Positions 44,708 to 56,100 of a DNA stretch of 64,000 nt are shown here, piece after piece. The DNA lies in NCBI GenBank assembly GCA_977862235.1, contig OZ374562.1, forward strand, positions 372,001-436,000, read 5' to 3'. Source of the DNA: Dudresnaya verticillata (lineage: Eukaryota). Position 1 is the stretch's first letter, and the number at the start of each line of letters is the position of its first letter. The notes below the pieces were generated by a model. That model was not told the origin of the DNA. It did no database searches and was given only the letters and a program-made list of their open reading frames with translations. The translations under genes and the position numbers were made by a program.

Positions 44708-47700
44708 ATGGCAGCCGTCACGTCAGCTGCATCTGCTGCGGCTGCTCGAATCGGAGCGGCGCTTTCCGACGCACAGTACTTCGAGTCAAGCATGGTGCGC
44801 GTGGAAGACATTCGCCGTCAGCTGGACAGTCGTTCAGTCAAAGATAAGCTTGACGCTATGAAACGAGTTGTAGCACTGATATCACTTGGGAAGGATGCCT
44901 CAACTTTCTTCCCCGATGTTGTCAAGAACGTTGTCGCCCCGTCCCTCGATGTCAAGAAGCTGGTTTATCTGTATCTTGTGCACTATGCTGAAGAGAAGCA
45001 AGATCTTGCACTACTGGCAATCAATTCATTTCAGAAAGATCTTTCCGATCACAATCAGCACATCCGTGCGTTGTCTCTGCGTGTCCTGTCATCCATTCGC
45101 GTCAAGGTAATATTGCAGGTCGTCATTCTCGCCATCACCAAAGCTGCAAAGGATTCGTCTTCATACGTGCGAAAAGCAGTTGCTCATGCAATTGGGAAGG
45201 TTTGTGCGTTGGACAGCGCCTCGAAAGAAGTACTGCTTGAACCGTTGCAGGACCTAGTTAGTGATAGATCGACGCAAGTCATGGGCAGCGCGATTGCAGC
45301 GTTTGAGGAAGTTTGCCCATACAACTTCGCAATTATTCATCCGCACTACCGCCGCATTTGCACGAGCTTGGCCGATGTTGATCCTTGGGGTCAAATTACC
45401 ATTATGAACATGCTACTTCGATATGCAAGAATCCACTTTGCAGACCCTGCCAATGCTCACGTTGGCGCAAACGGAACTGCAGATTCGACGTATCATCGTT
45501 CTGCAGATCGGAGAAATGCAGATTTGACTCTATTGCTACAGAGTGTCGCCCCGCTTTTCTTTTCCTTGAACAACAGCGTCGTCAGTTCTGCTATTGCATT
45601 GTACTACCACCTTGCCACGGGGGAGGAGTTCAGCAATAATGCAGTAAGGCCTCTAATGCGGCTTATTTCGATCCAAGACGATGGCGGTCAAGCGGTCGCG
45701 TTAACGATGGCCTCCGATATTGCTCTTCGATATCCATCACTTCTTATCCCATATGTCTCAGAGTTTTACATATCTGCTGCTCATAGTGCCCCAATTCGAG
45801 CTCTTCGAATGAAGGTGCTGACGAAGATATGCGCTTCCGCTGGCCACGATGGAGGCATCGGGTCCAAGCCACATGTACGAAGAGCATTGCTCTCTGAGTT
45901 GAAGGACTACCTCTTTCGAAGAGACAAGGAATTGGCTGCTGCTTCTGCGAGAGCCATAGGTTGTCTCGCAACTGCCCATCCTGGGTCTACACCAGCGATT
46001 GTGAAAGTTCTTTCTTCTGTTGTTGGTACGGCAAGTAACCCTGCTGTCGTAACGGAGTCCATTGGAGTGCTCCGGAGGCTGTTGCAACGACACCCTTCTG
46101 CTCAAGCAAAGGCCCTACCTCAGTTAATTACCATGCTCTTGGCAACGGACGAGTCGAAGAATGCATCTATTCAAGAACCTGCTGCACGTGCAAGCATTAT
46201 TTGGCTGCTCGGCGAATTCTACGAGAAGGTAGATGCTGTTGCTGCTGAGGCACTACGCCTACTAGCGCAAGGATTCGTCAATGAGGCCGCGGAAGTCAAG
46301 TTGCAGATTCTAAACTTGGCTGCGAAGGTAGTGGCGTGGACGGAGTCGGGTAGATCTTCTGAAGATTCTACTGATAATGCCATGGTGATCAATCGAAGAG
46401 CTGTCGGGCTGAAGCTCCTGGAGTACATTGTCTCTTGTGCTCGATACGACCGTGACTACGATGTCCGTGACAAAGCCCGCATGCTGCACTATCTCTTCTT
46501 AGCAAACCCGAACACACCACTTTTTAGGGCTTCTTGCCAGGCACTGATTTCCCGAAAACCTATTCCAGCATCAATGGACATGAAGTTCAGTTCTTCCGAC
46601 CTTTCCATCGACTCTTTACCAGGCGATGTGGTCATTGGGTCTCTTGCACACGTTATGGCAGGAAGGAGATTATCAAGATTTCGGCCCCTCGAGCCTTGGG
46701 CTGATGTGGATTCTGCCAATTCAATCCGCGAGGAGGTGCTCGGTGGTGGAGAGGGTGCCGCTGTGAGCCGGGAGTACACAGGAGTCAGTAGCGCCAACTA
46801 TCACGCTCACGTATCATCCAGCCAAATGAACAGTTCTGTCTGGGAGCCAGCCAAAGGAATCTCGTCATCCAGTATGAATGTCAATGGGGGTTTTGCACCT
46901 GGTGGCACAATCGGAGCAGGGTTGTCACAAGGCCTGCAAGTGCAGCAGCCGTCAACTTCTTCAGCCTTTGCGAATCTTGACCCGGATCATTTCTATGGCT
47001 CTGGTGATGATGATGGTGGCGATGCTGATACTGATGAGTCTTCAGAATATGATTCGAGCTCCGGCGGTGAAGAAGAAGTCCGGGCCCCGGTTTCTATGAA
47101 CAGACTCACTGGGGGTACTGCGAGCGCACAAACATCTGTTCGAAAGGAACCTGATATTCTCATCAGTACGGATGGAGATATGGAGAGCCAGAAGACGCAT
47201 TCAAACGTCAAGCAGCCTTCTTCAGAATACGATCTAGACGCACTTCTAGGTGGGCTGGCCTCATCATCTATTACCACGGAGAACAAGAGTCCGATTTCAA
47301 GAAATACAAGTGTTGGGCCTGAGCGTAGTCCTTGGCACCGTGTAATTGAAAGCTGGAAGGCTAGTGGAGTCGAAGTTGACGCCGCTTTCATGAGAATCCC
47401 ATCAAGTGCCGGTCCAGAGGTTACTCCCGTCACACTACGTGTAGCAAATCGAGGCAAGGAGGTTATAAGCAATGTAACTTTTTCTTCTCGGTCAGGGGAC
47501 TGCTTCTCTTCACCCTCAACAATCAATTCTTTACCGCCAGACGTTGTCAAAGAGGTTAGGGCTGATGTACGCTTTCGTGGGAAGACAGGCAGTGTTAGGT
47601 TCAGCGTTGATGCGAATGGCCAGGCAATGACAACGGGGGAGCTGAAGCCCACTCTTGGATGTATTATCCGTCCCCATCCAAGTATTACCCCTGGAGATTT

Positions 47701-48094
47701 TGTCAAACTTGAAAAACCCTTGCGCGGCATGTTTGGGAGTGAATCGATGGTGCCTATTGCGCGTCCAAAACGCAATGACTGGATGGGTCTGTCAAAGGTT
47801 GTGAAGGACCAGCTGCTGGAGGCGTGCTTTATGTCGCACATTAAGACTGCAGTTGGGAGTCAGGGAACACAAAGTTCAGAAAGGTTCTCGATTCTATTTG
47901 CCGGTTTCTTGCCTGCGATACAGATATCTTCGTCCGAGAAAAGACCAATTCTGGTCCGTGTAACGGTGACATCTGAGAAAGAGGATGAGGCCTGCAAGTG
48001 CCAATTATGGGTTGGATGTGAGGATGTTCTGTTCTCTGCTAACTTGCTGCAGCTTTGCAAGACCGCAGTCCAAGCGATTGATAAGCCGTTGTGA
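44708..48094 (+). CDS. AP3B: AP-3 adaptor complex beta subunit
   Basis: Adaptin-N trunk KLDAMKRVVALISLGKDASTFFPDVVKNV, KKLVYLYLVHYAEE, LALLAINSFQKDL, RYDRDYDVRDKAR, followed by an acidic Ser/Asp hinge and a C-terminal ear. Confidence 0.92.
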   Translation: MAAVTSAASAAAARIGAALSDAQYFESSMVRVEDIRRQLDSRSVKDKLDAMKRVVALISLGKDASTFFPDVVKNVVAPSLDVKKLVYLYLVHYAEEKQDLALLAINSFQKDLSDHNQHIRALSLRVLSSIRVKVILQVVILAITKAAKDSSSYVRKAVAHAIGKVCALDSASKEVLLEPLQDLVSDRSTQVMGSAIAAFEEVCPYNFAIIHPHYRRICTSLADVDPWGQITIMNMLLRYARIHFADPANAHVGANGTADSTYHRSADRRNADLTLLLQSVAPLFFSLNNSVVSSAIALYYHLATGEEFSNNAVRPLMRLISIQDDGGQAVALTMASDIALRYPSLLIPYVSEFYISAAHSAPIRALRMKVLTKICASAGHDGGIGSKPHVRRALLSELKDYLFRRDKELAAASARAIGCLATAHPGSTPAIVKVLSSVVGTASNPAVVTESIGVLRRLLQRHPSAQAKALPQLITMLLATDESKNASIQEPAARASIIWLLGEFYEKVDAVAAEALRLLAQGFVNEAAEVKLQILNLAAKVVAWTESGRSSEDSTDNAMVINRRAVGLKLLEYIVSCARYDRDYDVRDKARMLHYLFLANPNTPLFRASCQALISRKPIPASMDMKFSSSDLSIDSLPGDVVIGSLAHVMAGRRLSRFRPLEPWADVDSANSIREEVLGGGEGAAVSREYTGVSSANYHAHVSSSQMNSSVWEPAKGISSSSMNVNGGFAPGGTIGAGLSQGLQVQQPSTSSAFANLDPDHFYGSGDDDGGDADTDESSEYDSSSGGEEEVRAPVSMNRLTGGTASAQTSVRKEPDILISTDGDMESQKTHSNVKQPSSEYDLDALLGGLASSSITTENKSPISRNTSVGPERSPWHRVIESWKASGVEVDAAFMRIPSSAGPEVTPVTLRVANRGKEVISNVTFSSRSGDCFSSPSTINSLPPDVVKEVRADVRFRGKTGSVRFSVDANGQAMTTGELKPTLGCIIRPHPSITPGDFVKLEKPLRGMFGSESMVPIARPKRNDWMGLSKVVKDQLLEACFMSHIKTAVGSQGTQSSERFSILFAGFLPAIQISSSEKRPILVRVTVTSEKEDEACKCQLWVGCEDVLFSANLLQLCKTAVQAIDKPL

Positions 48095-48638
48095 AAGACT
48101 TCTAACGAGACACGAAGCTTAGACTAACTAAACAATATGAATCAACAGAAAAGAGCTTCTTTCCCATGCCATTTCCAAACAATTGTTTGTTTCTGTTGTT
48201 ACCGCAGGACGACGATGTCCAGGTCATAAGTTTACTGCTGCACCAGTGCAACGAAAATTGCCCTCGTAAAGCTCTTACAGCTCTGCAAATGGTAATCCCG
48301 AGCACCTGTCAGCGAGGAAAACTTTGAAAGCATTCGTGTTCTGGAAGAGGAGTTCGAGAATGTGAACCATTGCGTTCAGAAAAGAGACTGTGGTTATGAA
48401 ATCAAACGCAAAGAAGGTGGGAAGACACTGTCTATGGAACAACACAGGAGATGCATATGAAGTCAAACAAAATGCAGCAGGATTGACTTCTCCCAGAATA
48501 TTTACAATAACAGCTGTTCGCCCGATACAACAATTATCTTACGGCAAATGTTCTGACTAACTCCAAGACGTACATCAGCTTTTTCACGGCATGTAAAGCC
48601 GTTGCAAACACCAAGAGGAGATTCGCACAAAGACCCCC

Positions 48639-49748
48639 TTATCGCTGAGGCATCCGACAGCAGCTGACCTTTTCACAATACCCAGGATTTAGCTCTTGCA
48701 TCTCCGCACAAAGGGCATCTCGCTTTGCCAGGATTCCCCGAGTGACGTCATTTGGAGTCCGCATGTAGTCAGATGCTACGTAGTGCATTGAGGACGAGTT
48801 CCTCTTCTCACAAATGGATACCGGCATCTTGTGTCTCCAAGTACCCTGTCGATCGCCAGACCAATTGTCTTTCCACTTGCAGTCTTCATAGCTGCGAGTT
48901 ATGTGATGGATCAAGAATGGCTCTCGGGGAGTGAACGGAACGTCCAGTCCAAGATACTCTCCATTCGGCTGTCGCGTTCTAGACGGGGTGCCGTCAACAT
49001 TGACCAACCGTCCTCTTGACGCCGTAAGCTTGTGAGCAAGCAAAATACCCGATACGGATGCCCCTACATTGACGGTAATCTTGCCACCATCCCCTCGGCT
49101 AACGGCTTTGTCATTCTCCATGTCCAGAAACGTCATGCTCGCTAGCTCTCCTGGTCGGAGTCGGGTCGCCCTCCCGGATGTGCCAGCACTCTTGCGGCTA
49201 AGCTTGATGCCCCCAGCCCCTGCGAAGATCCGCTTCGATAAGAGCTGTTTGAAAGAAGAGTACCGAGGCCCGATGTAGAGGAACTCGTCGACATCCCAAT
49301 GTGAGGCCCACTGTGCCTGGTGCACACGAGTAGGAAAGTCCCTTCGAAAGAAGTTGCTCGCACCGCTGAACGTTGTGGTACGACCAGAAGGCTCCTTTTC
49401 TGGAATCGGGATGAGCGTGACAATGCCTTTGTCAATCAGAGGCTGTAAGACCTCTCCTGGCTTATCGGTGCTGCGATGATCGTAGAGGAAGAAATGGTCG
49501 ACACCAGCCAAGCGATGCCATGCAACCCATTCCAGAACGTACTGAGCTTCATCGTAGATTAGACAGGTTAAAACCCATGTGTATCGCACGGTGTCAGCGG
49601 GGAGCAGCAGAGAGGGCGAGAGCGAACAAGGTATCAACCAGTCAGCAGCAAGCAACGACAGCAAGCAGAAGGTGAGAAGCGTGCTGGCGCGCAAGCTAGC
49701 AAGTCTTTGGGCGAAGCGGCGGCTTGCCGGGGCCTGTTTGGAGAGCAT
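48639..49748 (-). CDS. GT-A fold glycosyltransferase (GT92/DUF23- or Glyco_tranf_2_4-like), type II membrane protein
   Basis: N-terminal TM anchor (LLTFCLLSLLAADWLI), then CLIYDEAQYVLEWVAWHRLAGVDHFFLYDHRSTD and the DxD motif in WASHWDVDEFL. Confidence 0.8.
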   Translation of the reverse strand: MLSKQAPASRRFAQRLASLRASTLLTFCLLSLLAADWLIPCSLSPSLLLPADTVRYTWVLTCLIYDEAQYVLEWVAWHRLAGVDHFFLYDHRSTDKPGEVLQPLIDKGIVTLIPIPEKEPSGRTTTFSGASNFFRRDFPTRVHQAQWASHWDVDEFLYIGPRYSSFKQLLSKRIFAGAGGIKLSRKSAGTSGRATRLRPGELASMTFLDMENDKAVSRGDGGKITVNVGASVSGILLAHKLTASRGRLVNVDGTPSRTRQPNGEYLGLDVPFTPREPFLIHHITRSYEDCKWKDNWSGDRQGTWRHKMPVSICEKRNSSSMHYVASDYMRTPNDVTRGILAKRDALCAEMQELNPGYCEKVSCCRMPQR

Positions 49749-50523
49749 TGGCAATGATGAGAGTTAAGCCGGAAGAGATGAATATCCTAGGCTCCAAGTT
49801 TGTCCGCGAGACGACCTCTGCTTCATTTGCAGGAAGGCCATGCAGTTGTAGGCGGGGAGGCGTACTGTACAGTATTGGAGGCCGCCTGAAGACTGTAGAG
49901 CCGCTCCTCGAGATGGTTAGTGTATACGTTACAGTAAGTGCGCGCCGCTGCGTTACCTTCACGGTGCCGCCGGCCTGACACTATGACGATACAGAACTGT
50001 CCCTGCGATGCTTCGAGCCATAGCTTTTCGGATAGCGCTGATGTCAAGAGCACAGTCACAAGTTAAGACTTAAGTGCGATCCAGAGCGGCGCTGACTCGG
50101 CCTGAGTTTGCATGTGTATGCGGAGCGGCACGCAGCGCTGGGCACCGTTCAACAACAACAACGTGGATTCTGCAGGACAGCCCAGTCCGTCCATTCGCGT
50201 TCGTCAAGCACTTTTACACGTTTTGCTTCTTTTTTTTGCGCGTCGCGATCCCAACCCACACTATTTTGACTTACTTGGCCCTGCGTGCCAATGTTTTTTC
50301 TACTGTGTACCTCTCCAGTACCCGTTGACTGAGTTTTTTGTGACCACCTCAGCAAACCCCAATTCAGCGTTCTATTGTTCTTGGACACTTCAGTAGTCAC
50401 AAGTAGAATGCTTCTTTCACGCGAGGCGAGTCGCGCTTCCATCCATAGCGGTATCTGATCAACGCATCTCTTCGTCTTTGGAACGCATCTTCCCCCCACT
50501 GTTCACCAGCTGCAATCTGAACC

Positions 50524-52068
50524 ATGAGCTTCTCTCTCACACTCCGCGCCTGTCGCCGCAGCAATCGCACAGGCTTCACGCAGGCGTCACGCCTCCTCTC
50601 CGCGCAGCCTGCCGTTCGCGACTCCAGATTCAAGGAGCTATCGGAAGCAGATGTTGCTCATTTCCGTAACATTCTTGGTGCAAACGCAGTGTTGACCGAC
50701 CCGAGTGATCTTGAGGCTCTCAACGTCGACTGGATGGGCCGATACACCGGCGCCTCGAAGATTGCTCTAAAACCGAAGACGACAGAGCAGGTCAGCGCGA
50801 TCATGCAGTATTGCAACTCGCAAAACCTTCCCGTCGTACCGCAAGGCGGCAACACGGGACTGGTCGGCGGGAGTGTCCCATTGTTCGATGAGGTGATTTT
50901 GTCGCTGTCCTCAATGAACACCATCGAATCTCTTGACGAGTCTTCTGGCGTCGTTGTCGCCCAAGCAGGCGTTGTTCTCGAAGCCTTGGACAGTTACGTG
51001 GGTCACGCCGGATACCGCATACCGCTAGACTTGGGCGCGAAGGGAAGTTGCCATATCGGAGGCAACGTCGCCACTAATGCTGGCGGATCTCGCTTTATCC
51101 GTTACGGCTCTCTGCGTGGTAGCGTGCTGGGTCTTGAGGCCGTATTGCCGGATGGGAGAGTGCTAGATACTCTTAGTACTCTGCGGAAAGACAACACCGG
51201 CTACGACCTCAAGCAGCTAATGATCGGCAGTGAGGGAACGCTCGGGATCATAACCAGACTGGCAATCGCTTGCCCGATCAAAAGCAGTAGTGTAGATACA
51301 GTCATTGTCAAAGTAGACGACTTTGAAAAAGTCAAGTCGTTGCTACGAATGGCGAAAGAGAAGCTGGGCGAAATCCTCTCCGCATACGAGTTTATGGACA
51401 AGCAGAGTGTCAATCTCGCACTCACACATCTCACCCACGTTTCCGACCCGATGGAGGGTGATGATGATGAGACTGAGGGCGGCGGTTTAGGGATGGTACT
51501 CATTGAGTGCGCTGGTAGCAACGGAGAGCACAACCGTATACAGCTGGAGGCGTTCCTCGAAACCGCATTTGAAGAGGGCCTCGTGAGCAATGGCGTCATT
51601 GCTGAGTCCGAAACCCAAAGCGCAGCACTATGGGAGTTGCGGGAAAGTCTCCCAGAAGCTGCTGTCAAAGCTGGTGTTGGCGGGACATTGAAGTACGACT
51701 TCAGCTTACCGCTTAGTTCCTTTTACGATATCGTGGAACAGAGTCGTGAAAAACTGGCTGATATTGAAGGTACGGAAGTTGTCGCGTGGGGCCACATTGG
51801 AGATGGAAACTTGCATCTCAATATTACTATGCAAACAGCCTCAGCAGTTGAGGAGGCCAAATTAAGACTTGAGCCGTGGCTCTACGAATATGTTCAGAAG
51901 TGTCGTGGCAGCGTCAGTGCGGAGCATGGATTAGGGCAAATGAAGGTAAACGCCTTAGGTTACTCAAAAAGCGACACGGCCATTGATGTCATGAAGACAA
52001 TCAAGAATGCCTTGGATGAAAATGGGATTTGTAACCCGTACAAGCTGCTGCCTGGAAATGGGCACTGA
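50524..52068 (+). CDS. D2HGDH: D-2-hydroxyglutarate dehydrogenase, mitochondrial (FAD-linked oxidase)
   Basis: Arg/Ser-rich transit peptide, then PQGGNTGLVGGSVP, PLDLGAKGSCHIGGNVATNAGG, LRKDNTGYDLKQL, GHIGDGNLHLN and GSVSAEHGLG. Confidence 0.93.
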   Translation: MSFSLTLRACRRSNRTGFTQASRLLSAQPAVRDSRFKELSEADVAHFRNILGANAVLTDPSDLEALNVDWMGRYTGASKIALKPKTTEQVSAIMQYCNSQNLPVVPQGGNTGLVGGSVPLFDEVILSLSSMNTIESLDESSGVVVAQAGVVLEALDSYVGHAGYRIPLDLGAKGSCHIGGNVATNAGGSRFIRYGSLRGSVLGLEAVLPDGRVLDTLSTLRKDNTGYDLKQLMIGSEGTLGIITRLAIACPIKSSSVDTVIVKVDDFEKVKSLLRMAKEKLGEILSAYEFMDKQSVNLALTHLTHVSDPMEGDDDETEGGGLGMVLIECAGSNGEHNRIQLEAFLETAFEEGLVSNGVIAESETQSAALWELRESLPEAAVKAGVGGTLKYDFSLPLSSFYDIVEQSREKLADIEGTEVVAWGHIGDGNLHLNITMQTASAVEEAKLRLEPWLYEYVQKCRGSVSAEHGLGQMKVNALGYSKSDTAIDVMKTIKNALDENGICNPYKLLPGNGH

Positions 52069-52605
52069 ATATACACGTATGCTCTTGTCCATAAAGAGGG
52101 GCGGAACAGCTTCGGATGAGCACAAAGTATCGTCTTTTCATCGCTTGTCACCGTCGAAGTAAGAAATGCTTTTTCAATATCCAAGTGCTGTGCTGTGTGT
52201 CTGTTCAGCCCAGGCACTGCGCGCTTCCAAGTCTTTAATATCGAAGAAACGTTCTGGGGAGCAAGTCCTCAAACGTACTTTCAATGGGTCCGGCTGAAAC
52301 AGAAATGCTGCTCTGACGAAAGGCCAATATGGTAATTTCGCAGTTCGTAACACATTGTGGAAATTACCATACTCCAAGATACACGAGGCTGTACGAGAAA
52401 CAGTATCCGCAACAATCCCTGGGGCGAGAGCACCTTCCACCAGCCCAGAAGGGCGAGTAAACCTGCGAAGCAATTCGCTTGTCCGTGAGCCTGCAAAACA
52501 AGTCGATGGACAATCAGTCATTGATTCTGACAACTCTCACTTGAAGACAACCGTCGTAGCTGTGGGACTACCGAAGAGTAGTAGCCGCAAGCCGAATATC
52601 ACTCG

Positions 52606-53745
52606 CTATCTCTGCACTGCCGAAAAGTGAGCCGCAGTTTCTGTTAGTGGTACAGCGGCATCCTCATGAAGCTGTGCCTTCGAGTTAACATGGCGCAAAG
52701 GTTTTGACGTATCGATGTCTTGGGATGTTCCCTCTTCGTCTTCCTCGCTTTGTGGATTGACCTTCTCTCCAAGCTTCTCTTGTTCGAGCATAGCATGTTT
52801 CGAAATGGATTTCGCACGAATAAAAATTATGCCGGCCAAGACGCCGAGCGAAACGCCAAGCCAACCCGCTGCGGAGATGTGCATGTCGAAAAGGACAATG
52901 GAAAGCAGAATGATTGGGATCTTGTTCAATCCTCCGACAAAGGATAATGTCGAGCCGTTAGTGACAGTTATGGTCCAGAATGCCGATGCGCAGACTCCCG
53001 TTGTCAGGAATCCTGACATAAAGTAGGCAAGCTTGAATTGCGCTGCCCTCTCTGAGAGCGCGAAGAAGACTCCAGGGACCTCGCCCTGCACAAAGGCCAT
53101 CGGAAGTATCGCGATAATGGAGAGCGAGCTTGAATGAAACGTCTTGTCCAATGCCGATATGTCTGGGTCCCGTAAGAAAATGCGCAGGGATGCCAAGTAG
53201 GCGACGTTTGCAGCAACGTTGAGACCCGCCCAGACATATCCTGCCGGTGAATACTCGAGGTCATTAAAGCCTGTGACTAGAGCCGACAGAACTATGAGAC
53301 TCATTGAAAGGTAAACAGAAGGGGAGAAGTGATCGCCAAAGTAGAAGCGCTCGAATAGGGTGACAAACATAGGCCCAAGAGACTTCCAAACGGTCAAGAC
53401 CGGGAGATTGACATGCCGCAAGCTCTGTGCGTTGGTGAAAATGAAGGCAATGAAGAAGAATATAGGGATCGGCATTACGCGGACCAAGTTAGGATCGAAC
53501 CGGCCAGCTTTTGTGTAGCGCAATGCGCGAGCGATGGTAATGACAAGGACGGAGACGAAATTCTGCATGGCAAGGGTGAACCACGGGAAGTGAAATTGGG
53601 CGTTGGAGAAGACGACCTTGTTCATAATAGTAACGGCGCATGACGAGAAGGCATACGATAAGCAGGCCGGCACCGCCGAGGTGCCAGGGGCATCGACGTC
53701 AACAGCCGAGGCGAGGCCTGCGAAAAAGCGCGGGCGGGTTTGCAT
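52606..53745 (-). CDS. Golgi GDP-sugar transporter (VRG4/GONST family)
   Basis: Multi-TM protein with MNKVV and the GDP-binding signature GGLNKIP (GXLNK). Confidence 0.88.
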   Translation of the reverse strand: MQTRPRFFAGLASAVDVDAPGTSAVPACLSYAFSSCAVTIMNKVVFSNAQFHFPWFTLAMQNFVSVLVITIARALRYTKAGRFDPNLVRVMPIPIFFFIAFIFTNAQSLRHVNLPVLTVWKSLGPMFVTLFERFYFGDHFSPSVYLSMSLIVLSALVTGFNDLEYSPAGYVWAGLNVAANVAYLASLRIFLRDPDISALDKTFHSSSLSIIAILPMAFVQGEVPGVFFALSERAAQFKLAYFMSGFLTTGVCASAFWTITVTNGSTLSFVGGLNKIPIILLSIVLFDMHISAAGWLGVSLGVLAGIIFIRAKSISKHAMLEQEKLGEKVNPQSEEDEEGTSQDIDTSKPLRHVNSKAQLHEDAAVPLTETAAHFSAVQR

Positions 53746-55470
53746 GCTCTTGCGGGTTCGGAGACAGGGAGGGGAGAGGGGGAGTGAGGCGGGAGGTCGG
53801 CGGGCGGCGATATGGGTGAGGATTTAGTGGGCATGGCTTGTGCCCAACTGGGGCATACGCACGCACTCCATGCATCCAAGTTCGGTGAGGATCCTGCGGC
53901 GGCATCTTCGGTGGCGGGCGTGACGGCAAGGTATTCATGGAGGTTGTGAAACTGCCTCGAAATTGTGGTTTGTCGGTTGATTTAATGGAATTAGTGGCTG
54001 CACTTGATCCGAGGGGCAGTTCTGCCCCCGGTGCATGATCCGAATCAATCGAAATAAAGGGACACCTTCCCGCGCGCAAAAGGGAGCGTGCCACAGGACA
54101 GTACTTCTCGGTATCGCAGTAAAACAAAGAAAAAAGGCAAGGCGCCTACCTTCACGAACTCACATGGCCACGATGACATCAGTCCCTTGCTTTCCACGAG
54201 CTCGTATCTTATCCGAGATAAGACTCCCGCTGGCGCGACGGTCGGTTATGAGGGGCGCGCAATGCTGCAATGTCCTGGAAACTGCACAAGCGATCGAGGT
54301 GCTTTTTTTCGCAAGACCCACAATGGGGGCCAGACGGAGCGTTGGCAATTTTCGAGAGGTACCTGCAGTGAAGCTCATCACACAGACTTACTACGACATT
54401 CGTACTTAGTTCTGAAGCTTTCCGCACGACGTTGATCGACGGTCATAGCGCAGCACTTTTTGTCTGCCGGGGATGTTGTAGCTGTTAATGATTTGCTCAT
54501 TTTTTATTTAGCTCATAGTATTGCTGCACCCCGTGTCCAAGGAACCGTGCGTTCCAAAGCGGCAAACAAGTGAAGGAAACAACGCTCTGCAGATTTCCAG
54601 GATGTAAATATAGAGAATCGCTTCGGTTTCACCTCGCTGAGGTGAGGTGACCTCGGATGTCTCACGTTCAAAACTTGTAAATAGTGTCCAATATACATTG
54701 CATGTCCTGTCCCTCGACATGGCTCCCAAAGCTATTACAACTGGTCGCAGAAGTTCCCTTTTCATCAACTGCCCTGGCGTGAAAGGCCGAAAAAGTACAG
54801 CGGCTCTTTCATGCAGCTGTTTTCCATATTGGCAACGTCGTCTGACCAGGATTTACTGGAAATATGCGGCTTTCTTTTTGTTCTTTCTTGTAAACACTGC
54901 AGTGCAAGGGGCTGGCGCCATTCTCGCATGGCAAGCTGCTCACATGAATAACATTAGAGAGCTCGGAGTGTGATAGAGCTCTCTGGTATCCTAACGGAAG
55001 ACTGTGTAGCGAACGGAACACCCCAATGGTCTTGAGGCCGCGAAATTGCGAGCCAATATCTAAAGCAGTAGCAACGAGCGAGTGGGGGACCACCGGACTC
55101 CTGCAACTTCTGCATGTCTCGAATTCTGACTCATCTTCCACTTTAACTAACACACAGCTGTACACCTAAAGAAAAGTCCGTCTACCCAAACGTGAACCTC
55201 CTAGAGAGTTCAAGGGCTACCCTGCGGTTCAAACGGCAACATCGTAGCTCGTAGGCGATTTTCCCAAGATGGCAATGTAACACACTTCTGTCGTAATTCA
55301 AAGGCACTACATAGCAAATTCACTGCAAGGGCTGGGAAACTATCTTTACTGGTACCCTTTCCGAGTGCCGTTTCACTCTTCAACATAAAGTAACGCCTAT
55401 ACGAAACAACGTTTCCGAAACCTAAAATAGCTATGTTACAACACGAGGACAAAGAAGCAGAAGTAACTGT

Positions 55471-56100
55471 CTAAATCGGGTCTCGTTGAGGTTGACCGTT
55501 CGCAGAGTAGAGCTTCAGCAAATCATGGAACCACTCGACCCAGCTTTGATGCACCGAGAGGTCGATGAGCTGAATATTCGCCGAGGGTTCCCGGCGGGGC
55601 AGTGTGTCTTGTGCACGGGGTGGCAACCGCAAATCGAGAGGTTCGTCATGCGGTCCGGTGCTAGAAACCGGTGGAGGCTGCGGAGCAGCAGACGGGCGGG
55701 AGCAGGAAGGAACCGGGGTCTTGCAGACGGGACAGGCGGGCGGCAAGTGAATGTGGCGACGCGACGTGATCTCCTGGCGGCACTCAAACCAGGCATCAAC
55801 ACACTCGGCGTGGAAGAGATGGCCGCAGCCGTCGAGCAGGCGGAGGCGGTCGCCTGGTCGGTAATCCTCGAGGCAGATGGCGCAAGTCTTCAAGGTTGAG
55901 CCGAAGACCAGGACGGTTCCGCGGCTCGGGGCGGGGGCGTCAAGGGCGGACAGGTCCTGCAGGGACGGGACCGAAGTCATGCCCATGGTGGCGATTGGCG
56001 GGCCGAGCAGCGGGAATAGAGTGCTCAGTAGCGGGGGCGACGAAGGCGGGGCGAGCTCCGGGAGCAGGCGGGTCCAGCGCGGCCGTGCAGTCGAAGACAT
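55471..56100 (-). CDS. RING-H2 E3 ubiquitin ligase
   Basis: CAICLEDY...[20 protein letters not shown]...CPVCK, with an insertion before the last CxxC. Confidence 0.88.
   Translation of the reverse strand: MSSTARPRWTRLLPELAPPSSPPLLSTLFPLLGPPIATMGMTSVPSLQDLSALDAPAPSRGTVLVFGSTLKTCAICLEDYRPGDRLRLLDGCGHLFHAECVDAWFECRQEITSRRHIHLPPACPVCKTPVPSCSRPSAAPQPPPVSSTGPHDEPLDLRLPPRAQDTLPRREPSANIQLIDLSVHQSWVEWFHDLLKLYSANGQPQRDPI

Noticed and set aside
53745..55470. Short ORFs between the transporter and RING genes, and similar ones at 29700-31180 and 60000-61980
   Set aside because: They have no recognisable motifs or convincing splice models, and no tRNA or snRNA signatures were seen.
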